NCBI RefSeq assembly: GCF_023055435.1
Contig: NW_025963890.1
Location: 71,052,001 to 71,116,000 of the forward strand
From: Haliotis rufescens
Lineage: Eukaryota
Direction of reading: 5' to 3'
Length of the DNA stretch: 64,000 nt
Each line of letters starts with the position of its first letter. Position 1 is the first letter of the stretch. This document shows positions 1 through 11,673 of this stretch, one piece after another. The position numbers and the translations under genes are program-made. The notes under the pieces are model-generated. The model saw only the letters and a list, made by a program, of their open reading frames with translations. It had not been told where the DNA came from and searched no databases.

Positions 1-399
1 CACACGCAGACACGCTACAAATAGAGCACCCAAACCCCGCTCCTCTGAAGTCAAAGTATCGTTTCTGAAAGCACCAGGTGGCGCTGAACACCGCGTGTCT
101 GATCTGCCCGTCGGCACGATAACCCACCGGCAGGGGTAGTCAATACAGTCATTAGGAATTCCTGTTGTCCAAAAGTGATGCAGCCTTGAGTCGGCTTCAG
201 AAATCGACAAGCGCAGTTGTCCATATCTCCTGACATGTGTTTTGCCCAGTGTGAGATGTGCAACACATGCAGCAGTGATTGCACTTTAAGTTGCAGTTGT
301 CGTTAATATAGAGACCTCATGCCATTGATAAACGATACAAGCGGGCATACAGTTTTAGAGGACAGGGTTGGGTGCACTCTCCATTCACCATGCTAGATG

Positions 400-1042
400 T
401 GTGAGTTTGGTTTGACGTGCTTTGAACATATTCCAGTTGTATCACGTGTCAGTTTTATGTGGGATGAAAGCCCAAAGTGATGCAGATCTTAGACGTTAAC
501 ACTTTGGTGAAACCCACGAGCACGGGTGTGTAGCTGACAAACTTTGAAATATATTCACCGACAAAAGAAACGCAAATTCCATAAATGTATGTTAATATAT
601 GACGAATTATTCATATTCAAGAGATATGAAATTGGTTAAACGCACAAAAGAACATATTGGTATTCTGTGTGAACCGACGCTCATGAACGCATCACATGTG
701 ACGTCATAGACCCATGACTCGAAATGCACCATTTATCTCGCGCAGGATTAGCGTGTAGAGCCTGAACATCACGTGCAGCACATCGTGGTGAGAATAAAGA
801 CACACTGTGGTAACACTTGACTGATTGTTAGTTTTGTCATTAGGTAGTACACATTTGAACCATCTGTTATTAACGTACATACTTCTCTAAATGTATCTAT
901 AGTTCGCGTTTCTTTTGGCGGTGAGTATAATCTGGGCGAACGGGGCTTCGAACCCACAATCATAGTTTTCTGGCGGACACAAGGTACGCAACTCTCCACG
1001 TCGAAATGCGGCGCCTTAATCGACTGGGTCATTCGTGCCCCC
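400..1042 (-). mobile_element. SINE family A copy split by a MITE insertion
   Basis: Tail and body at ~400-549, tRNA-like head at ~930-1042, both matching the copy at 5893-6176. Confidence 0.8.
552..927. mobile_element. Tc1/mariner-type MITE nested in SINE A
   Basis: TIRs TAttcaccgacaaaagaaacgc / gcgtttcttttggcggtgagTA with flanking TA duplications at 550-551 and 928-929. Confidence 0.8.
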
Positions 1043-2083
1043 AAAGTGTCTGTGACGTGCATTACCCTCACTCACCCACTCACTCATCAATTCACTCACA
1101 CGCTTAAACACACCTAGTTCTTAACTATCGACATCAAAACGCTACTGAATCAGGCCACGAATAGCATTATGTTATACAAATTTTACAAGCGATCATGGTG
1201 TTACCATCTGCATAAACATACGATAATTCCAGTAAATTGATCTGTATAAAGGTAATTTATATGATAGCATTTCTTTTAGAATGAGAATCGGCATATTTTC
1301 TCTATATACATGTATATATGATTGTAAACAGTGAGTGAGTGAGTGGTGTTTTAGGCCGTTCAACATTCAAGTAATATTCCGGCTGAGGACTTCAGAAAAG
1401 GCAAGTAATGAATAAACCAATATGATTATTCTAGTTGATGCTGAATTACTGTTTGTCAATACATCCATAAAGTGTGGATACATATGACAGACAATCTGGT
1501 TTGAATGTCTTGAAAATTGTTCGGGTAATACTTAACTATGTTATCAGAAGATGCAAGTCAGGCCTTCAGAGTTGAGTAGCAGGGAAAAACAGAGGGCGGG
1601 CTTATCATTTCACAATCGCAAACAAAAAAATCCGGTGATCACTTCATGCAAAGCGGGCGTTAGGTCAGGTGTTTGACTAATGGGACATAATGGCGAACAC
1701 ATATAATCTGTTAAAAACAGCGTCTTCACCAAAGTTTACTCCTCCATCTAACGTTTCCCTTAAAAAGTGGAACCATATCAGACCATTTACAATGGTTGGA
1801 CTTTATCGCTTCTACATTGCATCAATCACACCACAGCAACCGGCACACGACAGAGAGTGTAAAACATGAAGCTATCCATTATCGTCTTACGTATCCGACA
1901 CATTCATGTTTGAATAATAAAGTGTTTGTCAGTCGTGCCTGATGATAGTGTCATACCAAAAGTGTTAATGTACAGAAGTATGACTCATGAACAGCGTTAT
2001 GAAAGGAAAAGATTTGCTTTTTGAGTCCTAAGACTCAGTTGATGTAACCTTCTTAAGTTCAACAAGGAGCAGGAACAGACCTG

Positions 2084-2917
2084 CCTCACTGAAGGGTGTC
2101 CGAAAGAAACTCTAAGAGCCATTCAGAATGGCCCGGGGTAGGTTCTAGGTGCCACGCCTCATTCAGGGTGGCCTGGGGGTATAGTCATGGTGCCATGTGC
2201 ACGTCTTACTGCAGGGTAGCTCTGGATTATTCTAAGTGCAACACCTCACTGTAGGGTGTTCCGGGACTGGTTCTAGATGCAACGCCTCACTGTAGGGTGT
2301 TCCGGGACTGGTTCTAGGTGCAACACCTCACTGTAGGGTGTTCCGGGACTGGTTCTAGATGCAACGCCTCACTGTAGGGTGTTCCGGGACTGGTTCTAGG
2401 TGCAACACCTCACTGCAGGATGTTCCGGGACTGGTTCTAGGTGCAACACCTCACTGTAGGGTGTTCCGGGACTGGTTCTAGATGCAACGCCTCACTGTAG
2501 GGTGTTCCGGGACTGGTTCTAGGTGCAACACCTCACTGCAGGATGTTCCGGGACTGGTTCTAGGTGCAACACCTCACTGCAGGATGTTCCGGGACTGGTT
2601 CTAGGTGCAACACCTCACTGCAGGATGTTCCGGGACTGGTTCTAGGTGCAACACCTCACTGTAGGGTGTTCCGGGACTGGTTCTAGGTGCAACACCTCAC
2701 TGGAGGGTGTTCCGGGACTGGTTCTAGGTGCAACACCTCACTGCAGGATGTTCCGGGACTGGTTCTAGGTGCAACACCTCACTGTAGGGTGTTCCGGGAC
2801 TGCTTCTAGATGCAACACCTCACTGTAGGGTGTTCCGGGGCTGGTTCTAGATGCAACACCTCACTGTAGGGTGTTCCGGTGCTGGTTCTATGTGCAACAC
2901 CTCACTGTAGGGTGTTC
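2084..2917. repeat. 41-bp minisatellite (CCTCACTGTAGGGTGTTCCGGGACTGGTTCTAGGTGCAACA), about 20 copies
   Basis: Direct periodicity (2244, 2285...), degenerate at the left edge. Confidence 0.95.
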
Positions 2918-3239
2918 AAATGTACCAAGGTTAATAATCGGGGCGATTCTGGGGTCTCATCACACGAACAGGGGATACTGACGGGGGGAGGGGGGGTTGG
3001 TTACAAGGTTATCATAAGATGAATACGAACCAATGAAAAGCTTGTGTAAATGCCCACATGTCTTAAAAACAATAGTGTATTCACACAGACGATGTATTAT
3101 AATATTTATAAAAGAGACTCCGGTACTCTAATAGATACTTCTTAGTCATCAACAAAAACATAGCGAAAAAACGTGAGAGGATTTAAATGTGGAAACAGGA
3201 TTTCGATCGTGCAAAGTGATGCACGTTTTCTTCCCACTG

Positions 3240-3325
3240 AGAAGAGTGGTATAGTCATGTTAAACTGCGGCATGGTATCTAGTGAGTGAGCTAGCACTAT
3301 AAATCAGTCTGGACTAGTAGTACGA

Positions 3326-3360
<35 letters not shown>

Positions 3361-3850
3361 TCACTCACTCACTCACACACACTCAAACACTCACACACTC
3401 ACTCACACACTCACACACACGCACTNNNNNNNNNNNNNNNNNNNNNNNNNNNNNNNNNNNNNNNNNNNNNNNNNNNNNNNNNNNNNNNNNNNNNNNNNNN
3501 NNNNNNNNNNNNNNNNNNNNNNNNNNNNNNNNNNNNNNNNNNNNNNNNNNNNNNNNNNNNNNNNNNNNNNNNNNNNNNNNNNNNNNNNNNNNNNNNNNNN
3601 NNNNNNNNNNNNNNNNNNNNNNNNNNNNNNNNNNNNNNNNNNNNNNNNNNNNNNNNNNNNNNNNNNNNNNNNNNNNNNNNNNNNNNNNNNNNNNNNNNNN
3701 NNNNNNNNNNNNNNNNNNNNNNNNNNNNNNNNNNNNNNNNNNNNNNNNNNNNNNNNNNNNNNNNNNNNNNNNNNNNNNNNNNNNNNNNNNNNNGTTATAT
3801 AAGTGCACTAATCTTGGACGCGCAATTAAACCCAATTTCACCCCACCTCT
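3240..3850 (+). mobile_element. SINE family C partial copy with expanded internal (CA)n/(CACT)n running into an N-gap
   Basis: catgttaaactgcggcatggtatct...ggactagt before the gap; taagtgcactaatcttgg...aaacccaatttcacc tail after it, as in the copies at 22516 and 29738. Confidence 0.6.
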
Positions 3851-4172
3851 GATTACTGTAATATCAAAGTACAGTACAAAGTATCTCTGCCCAACGCGAT
3901 TTCTAATATGGTTCGTGCTTGCGGTCAAATAGCGAAAAAGAATCTCCAAGTTTATAATTACAACTCGAGTAAGTGGCTTTCTGCTTCCTTCGGCGCAGGT
4001 AATTTCAGTTCCCGGTATCTATCAACGTGTCCTGAAAACATGATTATCTTACAAATTATTTTGCAAATGTACCACACACACAACCAGGTAGTTGTTGCAT
4101 TTCTCTACACTTGATATTCAATTACGAGGTGAATGTTTTTCAACACACTGACATGTTTTTCTTTTATTTCAG

Positions 4173-4296
4173 ATTCATTGCAATTCGGTATCCCCTGAGA
4201 GCAAAATATGTGTGCACCATCACGCATGCGCGGCTGGTGGCGGTGCTAGTATGGGTGTTTTCCTTCGTCTTCGCTATTCCCATCATATTTGGCAGG
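4173..4296 (+). CDS. Class A peptide GPCR, internal exon (end of TM3/ICL2/TM4): (R)FIAIRYPLRAKYVCTITHARLVAVLVWVFSFVFAIPIIFGR
   Basis: Polypyrimidine acceptor ttttatttcAG (4171-4172), donor GTGAGT at 4297. Post-[DE]R motif RFIAIRYPL and TM4 W...P pattern. Phase 2 in, phase 0 out, matching the next exon. Confidence 0.9.
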
Positions 4297-4378
4297 GTGA
4301 GTAAGACATGCATTTTTATCCATCAACACCCAAAGTGAATGTTGCAGGTTAATTTGATAAAGACGAGAAGAAGAGATA

Positions 4379-4647
4379 GTGAGAGTGAGTGAGTTTGGGT
4401 TTAGCGCCGCTTAACATTATATGGCGGCGTGTCAGCTTAAGCCCGAAGTGATGCAGGTCTTTGACGTTCACCACTTTGGTCACTTCTTTTGAAACCCACG
4501 AGCACGTGTATGGTGCTGACAAACCTTGAAACATAGTCGGGGCGTGGCGTGATTCGAATCCACACTAATAGGTTTCTGGCGTGTCCAAGGGACGCAACTC
4601 TGTACCGCGAATTGTGGCTCCTTAATAGACTGGGACACTTGTGCCCC
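4379..4647 (-). mobile_element. SINE family A (tRNA-derived head)
   Basis: Reverse-complement match to 5893-6176. Confidence 0.85.
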
Positions 4648-4715
4648 AAGAGAAGAAGAAAAAAACGTTCTTCAATTCTGTGAAATTTGGGTCGTCAAAT
4701 CCGTATCCAGTTGGG

Positions 4716-4958
4716 GACCCGTGAAGATCCGGGGTAGAATAGATCTTCAGTAACCCATGCTTGCCGTGAAAGACGACTATGCTTGTCGTGAGAGGCGACT
4801 ACGCTGTCTTGGTTGATGCATGTCATCGTACCCCAATTGCGTGGATCGATGCTCATGATGTCAATCACTGGATTGTCTGATCCAGACTCGATTATTTACA
4901 GCCCGCGGTCATATAGCTGGAATATTGCTGAGTGCGGCGTTAACCTACAAACAAACAA
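4716..4958 (+). mobile_element. SINE-like family B (no tRNA head; starts GACCCGTGAAGATCCGGGGTAGAATAG)
   Basis: Multi-copy in window; shared tail ...tagctggaatattgctgagtgcggcgttaa + (AAAC)n. Confidence 0.85.
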
Positions 4959-5892
4959 AGAAAGTACCCATCTGGGGCCACTTGCGATGTCAGCACGACA
5001 ACAATCGTAACCTTTTCCATAATCATACATAAACTAAAACCTTACTCCATTGTACGATTAATTCCGACAGCGAAAATATCGTCAACATGTGTTAATGAAT
5101 TACTATTAAATAGTGATGATTCCAGGTGTACGCGAAAACATGAGCGTGTCCTTCCCCACCGGTTAAAGTTAAGTTTGGGTTAAAGTATAGCGTCACGATC
5201 GCCGCAGCGCTGAGGCCACTTTGTGCACGTGCCCAAAAGTTACAACAAAAAACACTTCAGGCTACTTACAGATTCTGGTATTCCTTGACTTCACGCTTAA
5301 TGACCACTCTTCACTCCACTCCCTCACTCTTAATGACCGGTAGAATGGCATTTCGACCAAATGTTGAGAATAAGAAACTTTCATTCGCGCCATGTAGATG
5401 TATGTGATGCCATGTCAGTCATTGAAGGCTAATCGCCAGCTGTAGGATCAATGAGGGTTATCGGCGGCCAAACTTGAGGCCCCTGCCTAATAATAGGCCA
5501 AGAGCATAACCTCAAAAGAGATAGTAGAAAGATGGATTTTTCTGGAGACCTTCATAGAGTCAAACTGATGTCTTACAGACCCTGATACAAATATATCAAA
5601 TACAGCCCATGCAAGTCTATAATGTTTGGCAAGTCTAGATTATTGCAGTATCAGGAAATGAAGAGAGTATCTGGGCTCCTTTTTATCATATCTTTATTCA
5701 GATAAAAAAAACTTGTTTTTTTCTGTAAGTTATGTTCATTTCAAAGACTAAATGTTAGTCTAGCCCTGGCACAAAGTTTCCCAAATTCCCTCTGGTGGCA
5801 TCCCATCCCTGGGTGGCACTGGGGCTTCGTGCGAATAAGTTAGCTCAACAGGTCGACATGCGTTAAAGCATATTTTATTCTATGCATTTATA

Positions 5893-6176
5893 GGGGGCAC
5901 GGGTGGCCCAGTCGTCTAAGGCGCCGCGATTCGCTGTGCAGAGTTGCGTCCCTTGGGCACGCCAGAAACCTGTGATTGTGGGTCCGAATCCCGGTTCGCC
6001 CCGATTATGTTTCTAGGATAATCAGCACTAACCCGCGCTCGTGGGTTTCACCGAAGTGGTAAACGTCTGAGACCTGCATCACTTCGGGCTTTCCTCCCAC
6101 ATTAAACCGACACACCGTGATGTAACTGGAATACTGTTAAAAGCGGCGTTAAACCCAACTCACTCACTCACTCACT
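5893..6176 (+). mobile_element. SINE family A, full length
   Basis: A box GTGGCCCAGTCGTCTAAGG, B box GGT(T/C)CGAATCC, tail gcggcgttaaaccca(ACTC)n. Confidence 0.9.
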
Positions 6177-7800
6177 GTGTATTTGTACATGTACACGCTG
6201 CGACATCACACAGATCATACATTAACTCATGCAAACATACATTATCATTCTTCTGTGTGGGAAGTGTAGGTATCGGCCTCGCCGGGAAAAGACACCGAGG
6301 AAACGTTCGGCCAAATTGTGTTTACAGCTTTAACTCTGTATCAGCATCCCCATCTCAGTGTCGGGTTCCGTAACAACATGACGTCAAGGGCGTACCGCCA
6401 TGCCTCTGGGTAACTGATGGCTCGGTGATATATTAAATGTCAGCGTGTAATGGTGACGGAATAGAAATCAACGTAGAGATTGCGTTATGTGTATCTATGA
6501 GATACGATCTAGCCTTGGGCTAGTATCGATTATTCATTAATAAACGTTAAGGCAAATAAGTAAGTATTCAGGGAATGTAAGTGTCATATTTTTTAGGTTT
6601 CGCGAAGAATAGTTGTATTTCTGCAGGTTAATTTCAACCAGTGAACATTATATCACCACCGCCATACGGATCTCTAGACAAATTTGATCTAAAAAAACTG
6701 AATCATGTACGATTTGAATTTGAAATTGATTTGATATATATTTAGACACACTCGTGTAAATCCCGGTTTTTCATTATCTCAGTTTGGACACTTATATTTG
6801 GCAAAGCGGCGTTAAAACCTCACTCACTCAACGATTCAGTCACCCACCCAAAACACACACACACACTCACTCACTCACTCACACACACTCACTCACTCAC
6901 ACACTCACTCACATACTCACACACCCACTCACTCACTCTCTCGATATCACTGTCCACAATAAATCCCCGTTAACATCGTACCCCTGACACCTGACATTAC
7001 AATATAGGGCACTGGTAACTATGACTCTTGTTCAACATTCCGCGAGAATCGCGTACAGGCTTTCTTCGTTTCCATCAAACAGTTGACGCTGCCGTAGACG
7101 CCAATAAAAATTGACAAACAATCAATATAAACATATAGACTTGGTAGGAACATGATAGTTAATTAATAATTGCATCAGATATTCCGTTTGAGGGTATACT
7201 TTGGCACTTTTATAAATCCAAGATTGATTTGAGAAGATCCAATTAATATTTAGAAAAATGATGTGAAAGATATATTACCCGTAAAAGATCGTGTAGGCGT
7301 TGTATTCGATTATGCGTGGGTGAGGGGGTCGTTTTTAGTCAGTGTCATATTTGCTTCTACAGAATTCGATGATTCCTCATTGTTAGGAGGAGAAAGTAGC
7401 GTTTACATGTCGACAAACGTTGCTTGCCAGGAGAAGAAAATTCTTGAAATATCAATTGATCGGTCCCTTAAGTGACGACTATGGTTATTTTACTTACAGA
7501 ACTCCATGTTACCTGATTTTCAGGACAAAAATTAGTTAACGTGACGACAACGTTGTTGGCATCTTGGACGAGTTTTACCTTCAGATGTTTTCTGATTGCA
7601 AGAAGAAGAAAGTAGCATTGACGTGACTCCAAATATTGTTCGTTAGGCGCAGAAAGTCGTGTTTAAGTGACGACAAGACTGTTGCATTATGGGGCTAGGT
7701 TTACCTACAGAACTGCATGCTTCCCGGTTATTAGGACAACAAAGTAGTTCTGGCTTGGCGACAAACGCTGTTTGTTTCATGGGGCAAGATTCTTACAAAA

Positions 7801-8556
7801 GTTACATCAGTTTTTCTATTCATACCTCAATGAACCGAAAAAAAATACACAGTCAATGCTTATTATTAAATATGACAACGAAAGCATACAATAGTTTAAC
7901 CAAACACAGTTGTTTATATGGAGATGGATAAACATTCCAGGTGTAGGAATATATACTGTGGCGTGACATGAATCAGGTTATTGTATAATTTATGCACATA
8001 TCTTGACACGCCTACAAAGTTGGTAGCCAATCAACGGAGAGTAGAATCTAAACAAAGTTCATTGGACCTGTCAATAAAGGCAAGAGGCGACAGTCAGACT
8101 GTATCGAACCGGAAAAACATGTCCGGGAGAAGGTGGCTGTTTCAAAAGACATGTTCAGTTGCCGCCAGATTCGAACATTAATTCCCTGAGAACGGGAAGA
8201 CACAGTTGAAAAAATACTAATTAGAAATGAAACCCGAAGACATGAAAGTTGTGGAACCGAGGCGAGCGGGAAAAAACAGTCGAGCGAGCCTGCACGTTGC
8301 TGTTTCTTTCCTTCTCGGCTTTCGGTCCCAAAGGGTTGCTTGGACAATGAATATGCATGAATTTTGCTAAATGTCCTGTGCATGTCGATACGCGTGAGCA
8401 GAGAAGGAATTCCCTCGACTGTAATATTGGATTCCCCGACATTCAGTAGTAATAAAAGTAGTCCGCTTCGGTGGGCGTGGCTTAATGTTTTACATTCATT
8501 CGGAAATGAATGCAATAACACGTGACCAGTTCAGCTGATCAGAATGCAGGAATTTA
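7801..8556 (+). mobile_element. Unclassified ~750-bp interspersed repeat; inverted copy at 60598-61367
   Basis: Collinear similarity along the whole length, e.g. ttcatacctcaatgaacc and cacgtgaccagttcagctgatcagaatgcaggaattt. Confidence 0.8.
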
Positions 8557-9313
8557 GAACACAAGGAATGTTATATTTTCATTGCAACATAAGACTTGAT
8601 ATTTCACTGCAGTTAACATAATTTTGACGGAAATATTGTCATACAAGAGTTATCTCCTCGCAAATTGTCTCCCTTTATCGTAAGTGTCTGACCCGTACAC
8701 AAACTGTTGACTTCCCTTTATACGTTAGTTCCACATTGACAAGGCAAAATAATAACAAAGTTAATATCGTTTCTTGCCGTTTGTTATTGTCTTGAAAAAA
8801 AGTTTGTTATTCACTGTAAATGTTTCATTTAACTCGTCAATCGACACTTCGTTTGGCAAAGCGCCATTTTTTAATTTGACAGGGTTTAATCCTTCGCTTT
8901 CCTGTCTGTTAGGTAGGGTTTTAATTTGTTATGAACAAAAATAATACTCCGGTAGATAACTACACGAAAGGTATAATATTACAATTAATAGGATATTCCA
9001 TGTGTCGAGGGAAGTATCATGTTTCTCTCATCTCGTGAAAGGAGACATTTCACTTGATACATGAAATAGCCTGTACAACTTTCGTATTTCACAAGGTCGA
9101 TAAACGTCATGTGTTTTAAAGTTTGCGGGTGGTATTGCGTATTCTCTCCCCGGAGGTTGTAATATTTTAAACCATTACAAACGAGTGTGCCTGCTATGTT
9201 TGTTTGAGACAGAATATATCTTTCAATCAGCGCTTCAGGAAATGCAATTTATTTCTTTGAAAGAAGAATTTAAGACCGACAACACATTCCACTTTTCAAG
9301 CCTTTTCTGAAAC

Positions 9314-9577
9314 GGTCACGGGTGACCCAGTCGTCTAAGGCGCCGCGATTCGCTGTGCAGAGTTGCGTCCCTTTGCCACGCCAGAAACCTATGATTGTGG
9401 GTCCGAATCCCGGTTTCTAGGTTTGTCAGCACCATATCCTCGTGCTCGTGGATTTCACCGAAGTGGTAAACGTCTGAGACCTGCATCACTTCGGGCTTTC
9501 CTCCCACATTAAGCTGACACGCCACGATATAACTGGAATACTGTTAAAAGCGGCGTTAAACCCACCTCACTCACTCA
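9314..9577 (+). mobile_element. SINE family A with 12-bp TSD
   Basis: CTTTTCTGAAAC at 9302-9313 and 9578-9589. Confidence 0.92.
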
Positions 9578-9599
9578 CTTTTCTGAAACAGACATTTTT

Positions 9600-9973
9600 T
9601 AGAATAAAAATAAAAGCGACACGACTCTTTACATATTCATAGGAAATCGATTGTACGATTGTGACTATATCATGAACATGTGTTTATGAATCACTATCAA
9701 ATATTGATGAAACCAGGTATTCCCGAAAAGGTGAGCCCATGCTGCCCCACCGGGGCCACCGTCACAAACACATGCAAGGGCAAGGCAAGTTTTCACTTGA
9801 AAAAAAAACGATATAAAGCTGAGACGCCTTGACAAATCCGATCTGTTTGAAGCTCCTCATTCACATTTCCTGAAATATCAGTAAACTGCTTTATTATCTA
9901 CTCTGTCATAGCATGACATTAAGTTAGTAACATGAAACAAGCGGGTGTTCTTAAACTTCTTTTGAGTGGTATA
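9600..9973. mobile_element. Non-autonomous Tc1-related fragment (related pieces at ~5095, ~31420, ~33135, ~59155)
   Basis: Shared tatcaaatagtgatgataccagg...ccaccgg...gtcacaaacacatgcaa motif; the 59155 piece lies upstream of a Tc1 ORF; ends in ttctttttgagtggTA. Confidence 0.55.
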
Positions 9974-10199
9974 CTAATGTGTAGGTTGTTCACATAGTAT
10001 AGAGACCAGACAGATGTCCCACATATCCTCTTTTTTATGTCTCCCATTTTTACCGACCGTTGAAGCGTTCATTGCGCGTTTCAACACCTTAATATGGAGA
10101 CTTATTAACAGGAATGTGTTCTATCTCATGTTCAGTAACCTGGTGTCCCTTTCGTAATATTACACTTCCTCTTGAATAATAGGGCGATTAAAGAATTGT

Positions 10200-10510
10200 A
10201 AATATGTTGCAGTGATTCCATGGCATTTGACTGACAACCCAAACGCATTTCTAACGTTTACGTATGTTTCCATGAACTTACAAGAATGAAGCCACGCCCA
10301 TGAGCGGGCTACTGTTTCCTGATTGGCTGTTAATTGAGTAGGCGGGGATTGTGTTGCATTATTACGCTGAACGAAGACACTGAACTCGTGAAGCTGGCAA
10401 CTGTTGTTGTGTTAATGATTAAATAAGCAGATTATCATGGCTTGCACGCCGATGTTTACGTTTATATCTCTATAATCGCAAAATATTGAAGTCAGTTCTT
10501 AATTCACAAG
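10200..10510 (+). mobile_element. Interspersed non-autonomous DNA-type repeat; second copy at ~39010-39400
   Basis: Shared tgtttcctgattggc, gtgttaatgattaaataagcag and aatattgaagtca blocks. Confidence 0.6.
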
Positions 10511-10639
10511 TGTGAAGAGATACGTAGTAAAATTAGAGCGATGATTACACCGTTATATCAATAGTTTCGTCAGACTGTTGGTAGTCCCGCGTGTCAGGGC
10601 GTTGATTTCAATGTCGTTCTTAGTGGTAAACTATTAGCG

Positions 10640-11425
10640 TTGGCGAGTCTGTGTTGAACTATTGTGATTAAGATAAGTGTCTGAAGATATATGTAACAGT
10701 GATCTCACCTTGGTGAGTCTGTGTTGAACTGTTTGACTTGAATCATAACCTGAAGACATATGCAGCACTGAAATAGCCTTGGTAAGTCTGTGTGGAATTG
10801 TTTGACTTAAATAAGAATCTGAAGACATGTGTAGCACTGATCTCACGTTGGTGAGTCCGTGTGGAACTGTTTGACTTAAATAAGAATCTGAAGACATGTG
10901 TAGCACTGATCTCACGTTGGTGAGTCCGTGTGGAACTGTTTGACTTAAATAAGAATCTGAAGACATGTGTAGCACTGATCTCACGTTGGTGAGTCCGTGT
11001 GGAACTGTTTGACTTAAATAAGAATCTGAAGACTTGTGTAGCACTGATCTCACGTTGGTGAGTCCGTGTGGAATTGTTTGAATTAAATAAGAATCTGAAG
11101 ACATATTTAGCACTGAATTAGCGTTGGTGAGTCGGTGTGGAACTGTTTGACTTAAATAAGAATCTGAAGACATGTGTAGCACTGATCTCACGTTGGTGAG
11201 TCCGTGTGGAACTGTTTGAATTAAATAAGAATCTGAAGACATATTTAGCACTGAATTAGCGTTGGTGAGTCGGTGTGGAACTGTTTGACTTGAATAAGGA
11301 TCTGAAGACATATTTAGCACTGAATTAGCGTTAGTGAGTCCGTGTGGAACTGTTTGACTTGAATAAGGATCTGATGACATATGCAGCACTGAATTAGCGT
11401 TGATGAGTCTGTGTTGAACTGTTGA
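10640..11425. repeat. 69-bp minisatellite, about 11 copies
   Basis: Period 69 (10821, 10890); source of the 23-aa repeat ORF. Confidence 0.92.
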
Positions 11426-11673
11426 GATGCAAGTTTGACATGGATTTAGGTCATGTCCTTGGCGTGTCAACATTGTCATTTGTCTTGTTTATTATAAATA
11501 TCGGTGCTCGCTTTCACAATTTCTGTTCTTTCGGCCATTGTATGTTGTGAGGAAACAGTGTCCTTGTCATATTTGCACCCAGCAGTTGTAGAACACACAG
11601 TGATCAGAGAATTGTTTGCTCGCCTGTTCCGACTTCTAAATCAGGCGACAGATCGTAGTTTGGCGATGTTTGA

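Noticed and set aside
3383-3949. ORFs spanning N-gaps (also ~11636-12077, 20308-20961, 52793-53263)
   Set aside because: Artefacts of translating Ns.
1-4172. N-terminal/TM1-TM3 exons of the GPCR
   Set aside because: No GN/LAxAD-type coding segment found; presumed upstream of the window.
4716-4810. Canonical HDV-like or pistol ribozyme in the family B 5' end
   Set aside because: Helix order does not fit: no room for HDV P1/P3 and no pistol P2 5' strand. Kept only as an unclassified structure.
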